Below are positions 6,139-15,552 of a DNA stretch of 35,773 nt, piece after piece (the stretch's first letter is position 1; each line of letters opens with the position of its first letter). The stretch is taken from sequence record NZ_CP138856.1; one strand, 5' to 3'. The notes beneath the pieces were generated by a model. It searched no databases. It worked only from the letters and a program-made list of their open reading frames with translations, and was not told where the DNA came from. Position numbers and translations under genes: made by a program. Source of the stretch: a plasmid.

Positions 6139-9100
6139 GTGCTGACTATCGCGAAGATGGGTGCGCATTCCGTGGCCTATTATCAGTCCACAGTTGATGA
6201 GAATCGAGGGCCGGATTCGTACTATTCCGAGGACGGAAAGCAGCCAGCTTCGGTGTGGCTTCGGGGTGAAAAAGTGGCCGAGGTCTCGGCGTTTTTGGGT
6301 GCCGAAAACGGCGCTGTTGTGTCGGGAAAAACAGTTGAGGATTGGTTCAATAAGGCGGTTGCCCCGAGTGGTGTAAAGCTTGGAAAAGCTCTCGGGGATA
6401 AAGGGGTTCCGGGGTTCGATCTGACGTTTTGTGCGCCGAAATCTGTTTCATTGTTGTGGGGCATGGGTGTTGATTCTTCGGTTCGTAGCATCGTTGATGA
6501 AGCCCACCAGGCGGCAGTAAGTCAGGCATTGGATTACTTATCAGAGCATGCCGGCTATACGCGAAAGCAAGACCCTGCTGCGTCAAAGAAGCGTCTGATC
6601 ATTGAAAAATTGGCGGGTATTTCTGGCGTGAAATATGAACACCGAACTTCACGTGCGGGCGATCCTCACGTCCATTCCCACGTGTTGTTGGCGAATAAGC
6701 AGTTGTGCCAGGACGGTAAGGCTCGCACTCTGGATGGGGTTAGTTTGTATCACGAAGCGCGTGCGGCAGGCATGGTGTATCAGGCCACGGTGCGCGAAAT
6801 TCTGAGTCGAAAGCTCGGTGTGGAGTTCGGTGATGTGGTCAATGGGTGCGCGGAAATCGTCGGTCTTGATGACCCAGAATTGCTTGCGTCGTATTCAACT
6901 AGGGCGCGCGAGATTGACCAATGGCAGGCCGAGAATGGTTTAGAGACGCGGGCGTCGTATGAGCGCATCGCGCAGAAAATCACCCGCCGCACTAAGGACA
7001 CCGAGACTCCACTAGACGAGTTAGAAACCGAGTGGGCTAGTGCCGAACATGGCGCAACGGTGCGTGCGTTTGTGGACGGACTGGAGCCAAGAAGTAAAGC
7101 GGCCTCGCGTGAATTGGGGGAGGATTTCTTGCCGAAACCTGCCCAGATTTTGGCCGAGGTTATCGCAGAACGCTCCACGTTTACTCGTGCCGATGTAGCT
7201 GAAAAAGCAGCGGAACTTATCCGCCCTGGCGCAGTTTCTCCGCAGGATATGACTGCCACTGTGGAGCGGCTTGTCGATGCCGCGTTGGGTGAAAAAGGAA
7301 CGTGGTCGGTAACTCCGGAGAAATCCCGCGAGCTGGATAATACCCAGCGCGAAGGCTCGCAGAAGTACACCACCGTCGAGGTTGTCGACGAGGTTGAACG
7401 AGTAGTTGATATGGCTACTGCACGGGTTGAGCGCGGGGTTAATGCCGAGTCGATTCAGCCGGTTGAAGGCGAACTATCTCCTGCTCAGGCGGACGCTATG
7501 CGCGCGGTCGTCAGTTCTGACTATCTGACTTCTGTGGTAGTCGCGCCTGCCGGTGCTGGTAAGACGTCTTCACTTAAAGCCGCGCACAAGGCATGGAACC
7601 AGTCTGGTAAACACGTCGTGGGTCTAGCACCGACTGGTAAGGCTGCTGATGTGATGGTGGGCGAGAATGTGGCTGATGAATCCATGACGATTGCCCGCGC
7701 ATATGTTGGCACAGACGAGCTGACACCGGAGCAAACAGCGGCGAAGTTGGGGTGGGGCCAGGACACCGTCCTAGTCGTAGATGAAGCCGGCATGGTGTCT
7801 AACCCGGATATGGCTCGCGTGCTGGAGACGGCTAGTGCCGCAGGTTCGCGTGTGGTTTTTGTCGGTGATCCAGAGCAGTATTCGGCGGTTAAGGCACGCT
7901 CTGGTCTGCTGGCAACCTTGTCCCATGAGCTTCCCGATGCGGTCGAACTAGCCGAGGTGTTCCGCCAGCGTGATGCCGGTGAGCGTGAAGCATCGAAGTG
8001 GTTGCGCGGTGGTGAAGAATCAGACGTTTCCCGTGCCGCCGAGTGGTATATGCACCATGATCGCCTGCATGCTGGTTCGGTAACGGCCATGATGGACGAT
8101 GCTTTGGCTGGGTGGCGTGAGGATACTGCCGCAGGAAAGCAGTCGCTGCTGGTTGCTGCCACCCGCGACCAGGTCACCGCGCTTAATGCTGCGGCACAGA
8201 AGATTCGCGCCGAGCGTGGTGAGATTAACGCTGAGAACCGATTGTGCTTGTCTGATGGTTTGGAAGCTGGCGTTGGTGATGTAGTCCTGACTCGTCGTAA
8301 TGACTCGAAGCTGATTACTAGCAGCGGGGATATGGTGCGCAATGGTCAACGCTGGGTTGTTGATTCCATCGGTTATGACGGCTCGATTACTGCCCGTCGA
8401 TGTGACGATACTTCTGCCACAGTGACGTTAAATAGCGATTACCTGGAAAAGCATGCCCAACTCGGTTATGCCGCTACCGGGCATAGTTCCCAAGGTGCGA
8501 CCGTGGATGTGTCCCGTGTAGTCGCTGGTGTCGGCAACCTGGATAAAGCTAGCGTTTACGTTCCTATGACCCGTGGACGTGAAGGTAACTTCCTCTACAT
8601 CGCAGAGACTCAACCGGGAGATACTGAGACCGGGCACGGTCAGATACGCCAGGTTTCTCGGCGCGAGTCTGCCGAGTACGCCCGCGACCTCTTGGTGTCT
8701 GCAGGTGTGCGCGCCCAAGGTGACCGCACACCTCAAGCGTTATTTGGACAGGCTAAGCAGGACTGGGAACTGGCCAAACTGGTCAATCACCCTACCCATA
8801 TAGATACTGGTAGTCCTTTTGCTGGCACCGAGATGGGTGCCTACATGCAGGCGTTTGCCGCTAAGCGCGAAGCCCGCTTCGTTGATTTCCATGCTCGCGC
8901 TCAAGTCGATAGTACCGATGAGGTAGCACAGCCAGAGCTCGCATCCCCTTGCGAGCAGCAGGAACAGGACTTTGGCGATGCCTTGGGGCACCTCGATACT
9001 GAGATAGACCGCGTCAGCACGCAGCTAGAGACGCTGCGCGGTGAGTACGACCAAGCCAACCAGGCGGTTGAGCAGCTTGGGAAGCAGTGCGAACAGCAAG

Positions 9101-9495
9101 AACAGGTGGTTCGTGAGTCTGCAGAAGAAAAGAACGCGAGGGGCTTTTTCGGCAGACTACGCCACGGCAAGGAGGACCAAGCAATCCTCGATGAAGCAAT
9201 CCGACTGCGCGACAAAGTCGCGCAGCACTACGACCAAGCTGTGGACTATCGCGACAGCTTTACTACCCCGATTCGCCAGTTGGAGACCGAACTCGACGCA
9301 CTGTCTACTCAACGTCGCGATATGCAAGGCCTAAAGAAGTCCATGGACTTCCTCGACTCACTCGGCATGAGCGCTACCGCAGATGATGAGATGGTATCCC
9401 GTATCCACCAGCAAGCTGCTGCAGATAACGACTACGACAACGCCCCAGACAACTGGCTAGACAACACCCCCAGCAACGACGGCCCAGAGCTTTAG
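6139..9495 (+). CDS. traA: Conjugative relaxase/helicase TraA (MobF/TrwC-like), ~1118 aa
   Basis: N-terminal relaxase (begins V-LTIAKM…; GTG at 6139 with GGAGG 8 nt upstream; HxH motif DPHVHSHVLL). Central RecD-like helicase with Walker A (APAGAGKTS). C-terminal coiled-coil. Confidence 0.85.
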   Translation: MLTIAKMGAHSVAYYQSTVDENRGPDSYYSEDGKQPASVWLRGEKVAEVSAFLGAENGAVVSGKTVEDWFNKAVAPSGVKLGKALGDKGVPGFDLTFCAPKSVSLLWGMGVDSSVRSIVDEAHQAAVSQALDYLSEHAGYTRKQDPAASKKRLIIEKLAGISGVKYEHRTSRAGDPHVHSHVLLANKQLCQDGKARTLDGVSLYHEARAAGMVYQATVREILSRKLGVEFGDVVNGCAEIVGLDDPELLASYSTRAREIDQWQAENGLETRASYERIAQKITRRTKDTETPLDELETEWASAEHGATVRAFVDGLEPRSKAASRELGEDFLPKPAQILAEVIAERSTFTRADVAEKAAELIRPGAVSPQDMTATVERLVDAALGEKGTWSVTPEKSRELDNTQREGSQKYTTVEVVDEVERVVDMATARVERGVNAESIQPVEGELSPAQADAMRAVVSSDYLTSVVVAPAGAGKTSSLKAAHKAWNQSGKHVVGLAPTGKAADVMVGENVADESMTIARAYVGTDELTPEQTAAKLGWGQDTVLVVDEAGMVSNPDMARVLETASAAGSRVVFVGDPEQYSAVKARSGLLATLSHELPDAVELAEVFRQRDAGEREASKWLRGGEESDVSRAAEWYMHHDRLHAGSVTAMMDDALAGWREDTAAGKQSLLVAATRDQVTALNAAAQKIRAERGEINAENRLCLSDGLEAGVGDVVLTRRNDSKLITSSGDMVRNGQRWVVDSIGYDGSITARRCDDTSATVTLNSDYLEKHAQLGYAATGHSSQGATVDVSRVVAGVGNLDKASVYVPMTRGREGNFLYIAETQPGDTETGHGQIRQVSRRESAEYARDLLVSAGVRAQGDRTPQALFGQAKQDWELAKLVNHPTHIDTGSPFAGTEMGAYMQAFAAKREARFVDFHARAQVDSTDEVAQPELASPCEQQEQDFGDALGHLDTEIDRVSTQLETLRGEYDQANQAVEQLGKQCEQQEQVVRESAEEKNARGFFGRLRHGKEDQAILDEAIRLRDKVAQHYDQAVDYRDSFTTPIRQLETELDALSTQRRDMQGLKKSMDFLDSLGMSATADDEMVSRIHQQAAADNDYDNAPDNWLDNTPSNDGPEL

Positions 9496-9533
9496 TAAAA
9501 GTCCGTCCCCTCCTCATCGACTCCGAGCCTATG

Positions 9534-9615
9534 GTAAACAATGTTTACACAGTGGAGAGATACCGCTGCGAAAAATATGTACACTGCCGCAAGGCAAACT
9601 GTAAACATTGTTTAC
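9534..9615. promoter_or_regulatory. Pair of inverted 15-bp near-palindromes (gtaaacaatgtttac / gtaaacattgtttac) upstream of the ribbon-helix-helix gene
   Basis: The two sites are exact reverse complements of each other, 53 bp apart, and frame a promoter-like region. Probable operator for the downstream ribbon-helix-helix repressor. Confidence 0.5.
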
Positions 9616-9636
9616 GCAATAAGTGAAAGGAATTCC

Positions 9637-9903
9637 ATGGTTCAAGGCCCCCACAAGTCAGGACGAGTGGTGTCTGTGCGGATGTCAGAAGACATCATTG
9701 AGCGCTTAGATACTTTGTGTGCCCGTACTGGTCGCAGTCGCGGCTTCTACCTCAAGATGGCAGTTACTGCGATGCTGCCCCAGTTAGAGGAATATCACTG
9801 GGAACACGTCGCAGCGGACTTCGAAGACAAGAGCATTGAAAACGAGTTTTACCGCATCATGCTCGCCGGTCTGTCTGTAGAACATGACGATAAAGAGAAA
9901 TAG
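9637..9903 (+). CDS. Ribbon-helix-helix (CopG/ParG/omega-like) DNA-binding protein, ~88 aa
   Basis: Ribbon-helix-helix signature RVVSVRMSEDIIERLDTLCARTGRSRGFYLKMAV. RBS aaagga before the ATG at 9637. The ORF track start at 9541 lies inside the operator palindromes. Confidence 0.6.
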   Translation: MVQGPHKSGRVVSVRMSEDIIERLDTLCARTGRSRGFYLKMAVTAMLPQLEEYHWEHVAADFEDKSIENEFYRIMLAGLSVEHDDKEK

Positions 9904-9904
9904 A

Positions 9905-9965
9905 AGACTTATCTACCAGCATGTTTAGCATTTACAGTAAACTGTACAACTGTATGCCTGTAAAG
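9905..9965. repeat. parC-like repeat cluster (tttacagtaaactgta … gtatgcctgtaaag)
   Basis: Palindrome tacagtaaactgta. The gtatgcctgt motif recurs at 34476 and 35460. Homologous to 34440-34500. Confidence 0.45.
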
Positions 9966-10347
9966 CTCACCTATTCTCTTAATATGAGCGAATGCTGAGA
10001 TGCCGCAGGACGCCTTTCGTGCTGCAAATGTGCCAGAGAGATTTCACAGAGAGATTTCTTCGGCAACTGACTTTTCGTCTTGGAGGGCACCAGAAAGTGT
10101 GAAAAGCGTTGGCAGGGGCGCCGCCGGGAACCGGCGGTCGGGGTCGGAGGTCTAAGAGACCGTGGCGTTGATTCTGGATACCGATGACGAGATTTTCATC
10201 GCGGCGGACGCCGCGGACATGGCGAAGCAGCTTGTCGGCCTCCTCTACGGCGGGTGAGGCACAGCAGAGCGTCGCTCCCGTGCCGAACGACGCCATCAAG
10301 ATCATCTCCGGCCCCGCGAAGCTGGACGAGACGAAGGAGTGAGGACC

Positions 10348-10896
10348 ATGTCCGACCAGAACATCAACATCAAGCTCGACCGCGGCGGCCCCGAGAACCA
10401 CGCCTGGACGGTGCTGGGCACCCTGCTCGCCTGCGGCGCTGTCGGCATGGCCGCCTGGGCGATCTCCAACGCCGGAGCCCTGGACCTGGCTGCGACCGGC
10501 CTGTTTTTCTTCTTCATGCAGCTCATCTCGATGATGCTCAAGGCGGGGCTGATCGTCGTCCCGGAGAAGAACCGGAAGGACTTCGGCGAGACGCGCGGCC
10601 TGCTCAAGACCGCCTGGCGCGAGTTCCAGGAGTTCCAGGGCCGCTCGCCCATCTGGCGGATGGCGCTGCTGGCGCTCGGCTTCACCGTCGGCTACATGAT
10701 CTTCCGCTGGGGACTCTCGGTGGCGCTCGGCATCTTCAGCAACGTCTGGATCGCCGGAGCCGCCTCGGCGCTCATCGCGTCCTTCATCGTCGCGCCGCAG
10801 CTGTTCACGAACCTGGTCTCGAAGATGAAGACGAAGTCGGGCCTCCAGGTGAAGACGACCACTGGTACGCCCGATGCCGAGAGGGGTGACGTCTGA
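10348..10896 (+). CDS. Hypothetical integral membrane protein (~4 TM helices), 182 aa; first gene of the high-GC block
   Basis: AAGGAG RBS 8 nt before the ATG at 10348. Hydrophobic helices. GC ~70%. Confidence 0.5.
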   Translation: MSDQNINIKLDRGGPENHAWTVLGTLLACGAVGMAAWAISNAGALDLAATGLFFFFMQLISMMLKAGLIVVPEKNRKDFGETRGLLKTAWREFQEFQGRSPIWRMALLALGFTVGYMIFRWGLSVALGIFSNVWIAGAASALIASFIVAPQLFTNLVSKMKTKSGLQVKTTTGTPDAERGDV

Positions 10897-11513
10897 TGAC
10901 GAAGGCGGCGATCACGACCATCGGCGCAGCACTGCTGGCCGCCGCTGCTCTCGCGCTCAGCGGGTGCAGCTACCCCGGCGACGACGAGGACCGCGCCGCG
11001 TTCCATGCCGAAGCGCAGGATCCAGTCCCCTCGGCACCGGCTACCGAGCCTACCGAGCCGGAGACCCCGGCCGAGGAGACCGGCGACGAGAGCACCGAGG
11101 AAGGCGGCCAGGGCGAGAAGTCGGGCGCAACCGCGGACCTGGGCGTCGAGGACGGGCATGTCCAGTATCTCCGCGCGATCCAGAACTTCTCGCCCGCGCT
11201 TGAGCGCTGGGTGCTCGACGAGGAGGCGGGCGAGGTCACCTACGGGATCGTCAACTGCGCCGGCCAGACGAAGTCCGAGGGCGTCGCCACCCTCGAGCGG
11301 GTCGACGGCGGCGATGGAGCAGCGTTCGAGGCGACGTGGATCGGCAAGTCGCCGTTGGAGAACGTCGCGGCGGAATCGATACGCGTCGAGATCACCGAGG
11401 ACACTTTGAAGAACTTCGCGGACGTTGCGACGTCCAGGACCGACATCGAGGCGAGCAACGTCGCTTCGATGTGCGCCGAGGTCGGCGAGACAGCCGCCGA
11501 CTTCGTCTTCTGA
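10896..11513 (+). CDS. Putative secreted lipoprotein, 205 aa (signal peptide + lipobox LSGC)
   Basis: N-terminal MTKAAITTIGAALLAAAALALSGC. Acidic Pro/Glu-rich linker. Start overlaps the upstream stop (TGATG). Confidence 0.55.
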   Translation: MTKAAITTIGAALLAAAALALSGCSYPGDDEDRAAFHAEAQDPVPSAPATEPTEPETPAEETGDESTEEGGQGEKSGATADLGVEDGHVQYLRAIQNFSPALERWVLDEEAGEVTYGIVNCAGQTKSEGVATLERVDGGDGAAFEATWIGKSPLENVAAESIRVEITEDTLKNFADVATSRTDIEASNVASMCAEVGETAADFVF

Positions 11514-11722
11514 GAATGACCACAAGAACGCCCCCAGATCTACTCCGGGACCTTCTCCGCGCGAGCAGGGTCGGACGCGACTCGGGAACAATGGTGCCGT
11601 GGCAGATTTCGACCTCCTCTGCGCGGCGCTTGTCTCCGCCCCGAAGACACCATCGAAGGTCTCGTCGCGGACGTTCCGAAGCTCCGGCACGACGAAGCCT
11701 GATCGTCGTCGTCCCGAGAAGA

Positions 11723-12388
11723 TCAGGCTCGTCCGGCGCGAAGGGCGATGAGGGCTGCTTCTACGCGGTTGCGCGCTTCAGTCTTCCGCAGGATCGCGGA
11801 AACGTGCACCTTGACGGTGCCGGGAGCGAGGTGCAGCGCTTTCGCGATCTCAGCGTTCGTCTCTCCTTGGCTGAGCCGGATCAGAATCTCTCGCTCGCGA
11901 GCCGTGAGGCGTTCGAAGCGTTCGACGGCGCTCGCGTACTGGGTGTACGTCGTCGAGACGCCGGAGTCGAGCAGACGCCGGGCGACCGAGGGCGAGAAGA
12001 ACGCTCCGCGACCGGCGACGGCGTGCACACCGGCGATCAGCTGGCGCGGATCGCCGGACTTGAGGACAAACCCGTCTGCGTCGAGCCGGATGGCCTCGGC
12101 GATGTAGTCGTCCTCCCCGAACGTGGTGACGAACAGGCAGGGGAGCGCGCTCCCGTCGGAGCGGAGCCGTTGCAGCGCGTCGAGTCCGCTCATCCCGGGC
12201 ATCTGGATGTCGAAGAGGGCGACGTCGAGACGGTGCGCGTCGATCTTGCGCAGGGCCTCTGCTCCGTCGGCGGCCTGGGCTACGACCTCGATGGCGGGAT
12301 CGGTGTCGAGGATCCCGACGATGCCGGTCCTCACGAGGGGGTCGTCGTCGGCGACCAGGACTCTGACCGGGGCCTCGGTCGCTGTCAT
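11723..12388 (-). CDS. Two-component response regulator, NarL/LuxR family, 221 aa
   Basis: Receiver domain (VLVADDDPLVR…D…FDIQMPGMSG) and LuxR helix-turn-helix (LTAREREILIRLSQGETNAEIAKALHLAPGTVKVHVSAILRK). Start overlaps the stop of the upstream kinase ORF (ATGA). Confidence 0.85.
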   Translation of the reverse strand: MTATEAPVRVLVADDDPLVRTGIVGILDTDPAIEVVAQAADGAEALRKIDAHRLDVALFDIQMPGMSGLDALQRLRSDGSALPCLFVTTFGEDDYIAEAIRLDADGFVLKSGDPRQLIAGVHAVAGRGAFFSPSVARRLLDSGVSTTYTQYASAVERFERLTAREREILIRLSQGETNAEIAKALHLAPGTVKVHVSAILRKTEARNRVEAALIALRAGRA

Positions 12389-13786
12389 CGTTGTCCTCCT
12401 GCGATGTACTCGGTGCTGGAGACCTCGTCCTGCGCGAAGCAGATCCGGTACACGTCCCCGGCAGCGTCGTCAAAGGTGTTCGCGGTCACGGCGTAGTCGT
12501 GGCAGTCGTCCGGTCGGTTCTCGCCCCGCCTGGCCGGCAGCTCGTGGCCGGGCAGGATCCGCTCGGTCTCCGCCCGCGCGTCTCCGACGCTGATGCTTGA
12601 GAAGGCCCCTGCCGACAGCAGCGCGCGGTGGTTCTGCACCACCGTCAGCGCCTCGACCGCTGCGAGCCCGACGACGACGATCGCCGCGGTCGAGGCGAGA
12701 ATCAGTCGCTGGCGGAGCTTCGTTCTGCCGGTCGAGCTCTCATCGACGTCTCTCGTCGCCTCCACAGCGCGATCATCGTGCGTGCTCTGCTCCTGACGGC
12801 GAGTCGGGAGGACCGCAGAGAGGACGAACGCACTGTCCGTCTTCTCCGCGGCGAGTTCTCCGCCGTGGGCGCGGAGCTCACTTTCCAAAGTGCTCAGGCC
12901 CGTGCCCGCTGTGTGCGCGTCGGCAGGAGTCTCGCCGAGGGCGTTCTCGATCTTCAGACGCAGCTCGGCACCGACGTCGGCAGCGGTGATGTCGATCGGG
13001 GTGCCGGGAGCGTGCCTGCTTGCGTTCGTGATCGCTTCTTGTAGGACCCTCGTGACCTGCTCGCCTCCGAAGTCCTGCAGCCGCCTGGGTTCCGGCAGTC
13101 CTTGCACGGTGATGCGCGCACCGGCTGCGCGGGCCCGGGCCAGCAGTGCATCGACAGATGCTGCGCCCATTGGCAGCACGGGAGCGCCGGATTCTGAGGT
13201 CGGAGACGGAGTCCCCCAGGCGTTCGACCGCGTGGGCGAGGTCGTTGCGGGCGTGTAAGAGCGAGGTGCGGGCGCTCTCGGGCAGTGCCGGGTCGATCTC
13301 GAGCCGTCCGAGATTGAGCGCGACGAGGCTCAACGAGTGGCCGAGGTCGTCGTGCAGCGACTGCGCGAGGGCGATCCGGTCGGCGGTGGCGCGCTCCTTG
13401 AGCTCGGCCAGGCGCTGGACCTGCCGCAGCTCTCGCTCGCGGTCTGCCCTCCGCCCGAGGACGATGTACTGGCGCACGGCGAGACCGATCAGCCAGGGCA
13501 CACCAGCGCGCATGAGCGCCGGGGGCAACTCCTCCGCGACGTAGAGCCAGTGCCCGTCGAGCCACGTGGCCCGGGCCATGCTCACGACGACCAGCACTGC
13601 CAGTCCTCCCAGGCCCGCGCGCGGACCCCTGGACCAGAGCCCGATTGCGATCGCGGCGATGCCGGTGAGCAGGGCCATGAAGAGGCCCGGCTCCGGCGCG
13701 GAGGCCAGCACCCCGAAACCGATCGCCGTTAGCGCGTCGACGCTCCGGCGCGCAGACGGACGATCAATTAGGGTCATGCGCTCCAT
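12385..13786 (-). pseudogene. NarL-type sensor histidine kinase, apparently frameshifted (~13185-13195), with an unusual ~140-aa C-terminal extension
   Basis: N-terminal part (frame of ORF 12878..13879): TM helices plus the HisKA_3 H-box (SLHDDLGHSLSLVALNL). C-terminal part (frame of ORF 12385..13179): HATPase_c (…EAITNASRHA…GTGLSTLESELRAHGG…). The frames switch within gacctcagaatcc. After the ATPase domain the ORF continues in frame for ~140 aa with one TM helix. Confidence 0.6.
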
Positions 13787-13911
13787 TCTACCGGGGACCG
13801 TGGGCTCGCCGCCTCCCTCGATCGGGCGTGCGCAGCACCTCGCCGGTATGACCGTGGGCATAGACGAGTCGCCCCGCATGGCAGATTCTGAGGCCGAACC
13901 GCGTCCATAGC

Positions 13912-14631
13912 GTGGATTTCATGACTCACGAAACTTCGACGCGCACGCTTTCGACGTCGCGCAGATCCTCGTCCCGCCCCGTGCCGTGGCCCGCGCTGTT
14001 GATTGCCGTCGCAGCTCTTGCTGCCCTCGCTCTCGCGACGTATCCGGTGCGTGAGCGCCTCTTCACCGCTGTCGCCGGTCTCGCCGAGGGCTCGGCACTG
14101 GCCTCGGCGGTGGGATCCGTGGCCGAATTCGGTCTGCTTGCCCTCGTGGCGACCGCCGGCGTCCTCGCTCTCTGGTGCTGGCTGCGCGAGCGCCGGCGGT
14201 TCTGGCTCCTGGCGCTGGCTGGACTCGGCGTGATCACGGCCTACGGATTGAGCGAGGCCGTCAAGCTGCTGGTCGAGGAGCCGCGGCCCTGCAGCGTCGT
14301 CGACACTGCCACTGTGCTCAGCTGCCCCGGGAGCGGGGACTGGTCGTGGCCGTCGAATCACGCCGTCCTGGCCGCTGCCTTCGCCACCGCCTGCATCCTC
14401 GTCGTCCCCCGCCTCGCCTGGTTCGCGTTGCCTCTCGCGCTGGCGATCGCCGCCTCTCGAGTGGCCGCCGGAGTCCACTACGTCCACGACGTGCTCTCCG
14501 GTCTCGCGCTCGGTGCCCTCGTCGTCGCGGCCGTCGTCGCCGCGGCGTCGCCGGTGCTGGACCGGCGTCTGACTGGCGGACGGGACGGCCATCCGGATTC
14601 GGCCAGCCGGTCCCAGGGCGGGCGCGCATGA
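13912..14631 (+). CDS. PAP2-family membrane phosphatase (BcrC/undecaprenyl-pyrophosphate phosphatase-like), 239 aa
   Basis: All three PAP2 motifs are present: KLLVEEPRP, PSNH, SRVAAGVHYVHD. Stop overlaps the ABC ATPase start (ATGA). Confidence 0.75.
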   Translation: MDFMTHETSTRTLSTSRRSSSRPVPWPALLIAVAALAALALATYPVRERLFTAVAGLAEGSALASAVGSVAEFGLLALVATAGVLALWCWLRERRRFWLLALAGLGVITAYGLSEAVKLLVEEPRPCSVVDTATVLSCPGSGDWSWPSNHAVLAAAFATACILVVPRLAWFALPLALAIAASRVAAGVHYVHDVLSGLALGALVVAAVVAAASPVLDRRLTGGRDGHPDSASRSQGGRA

Positions 14632-15552
14632 TCGAGGTCGACCGTCTCTCGAAGCGCTACGGCCAGGTGACCGTTGTTGAAGGATTGAGCTTCACGGTCC
14701 CCGACGGATCCATCACCGGGTTCCTAGGCCCGAACGGAGCCGGCAAGTCCACGACCATGCGATGCCTCCTCGGGCTCCACAAGCCCACCACCGGAACCGT
14801 GCTCATCGACGGGCTCCCGCTGACCGCCCAGACGGCCGGCCGAGGTCGTCGGAGCCGTCCTCGACGCCTCCTGGTTCCACCCCGGCCGGACCGGACTGGC
14901 GCACCTGACGACCATCGCTGCTTCTGCCGGCCTACCCGACCGCCGCGCCTGGGAGGTACTCGAGGCCGTCGCGTTGACCCAGGCAGCTCATCGCAGGATC
15001 GGCGGCTACTCGCTCGGGATGAAGCAGCGCCTGGGGCTCGCGGCCGCCCTGCTGGGCAGACCGCGCAACATCGTCCTCGACGAGCCGATGAATGGCCTCG
15101 ACCCGCAGGGGATGGAGTGGATGCGCGCCTTCCTGCGCGATGCCGCCGCGAGCGGCCACGCCGTCCTTGTCTCCTCCCACCTGCTCGGCGAGATGGAGAC
15201 CCTCGCCGACCGCCTCGTCGTCATCGACAACGGCCGCTTGCTCGGCCAGTGGGACGTCGCCGATCTTCTGCACGCGCGCAGCCGCCAAGCGCTCCTCCGC
15301 ACCGACGACGACGAACGCGTCGAGCAGGCTCTGCGCGGACTGCGGGTCCCCGTAACCGCACTGCCCGAGGGACTCTGCGTGACATTCGACGAGACGGTCC
15401 CCGACGCGCTCACGCTCTCGCGGACCTGCCGAGACCTCGACGTGCTCATCACTGCCCTGACGGACAAGCCGATCCGGCTGGAAGAGGAATTCCTCCGCCT
15501 CACCGACCGATCATCCGAAGCCGAACATGGCAAAGAAAGGCCCGAGCGATGA
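14628..15552 (+). pseudogene. ABC transporter ATP-binding protein, disrupted by a 2-bp deletion (~14834) relative to the intact copy at 29862..30788
   Basis: Walker A (GPNGAGKST) in the N-terminal frame. ABC signature (LSGGMKQRL-like YSLGMKQRL) and Walker B (IVLDEP) are in a +2 frame after the indel. Copy 2 has gacgaggccgg where copy 1 has gacggccgg. Confidence 0.7.

Noticed and set aside
8940-9120. Repeated QCEQQEQ / SPCEQQEQ peptide motif in the TraA C-terminus
   Set aside because: Looks like an ordinary coiled-coil heptad repetition, not a separate feature.
6161-9334. Numerous 60-270-aa ORFs on both strands inside traA
   Set aside because: Nested within or antisense to the 1118-aa relaxase gene, with no independent support.
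9979-10401. 140-aa ORF on the minus strand at the left edge of the high-GC block
   Set aside because: Overlaps the RBS and start of the 10348 membrane-protein gene and has no start context. It might be a remnant of a donor gene (…DENLVIGIQNQRHG…), but I cannot support a call.
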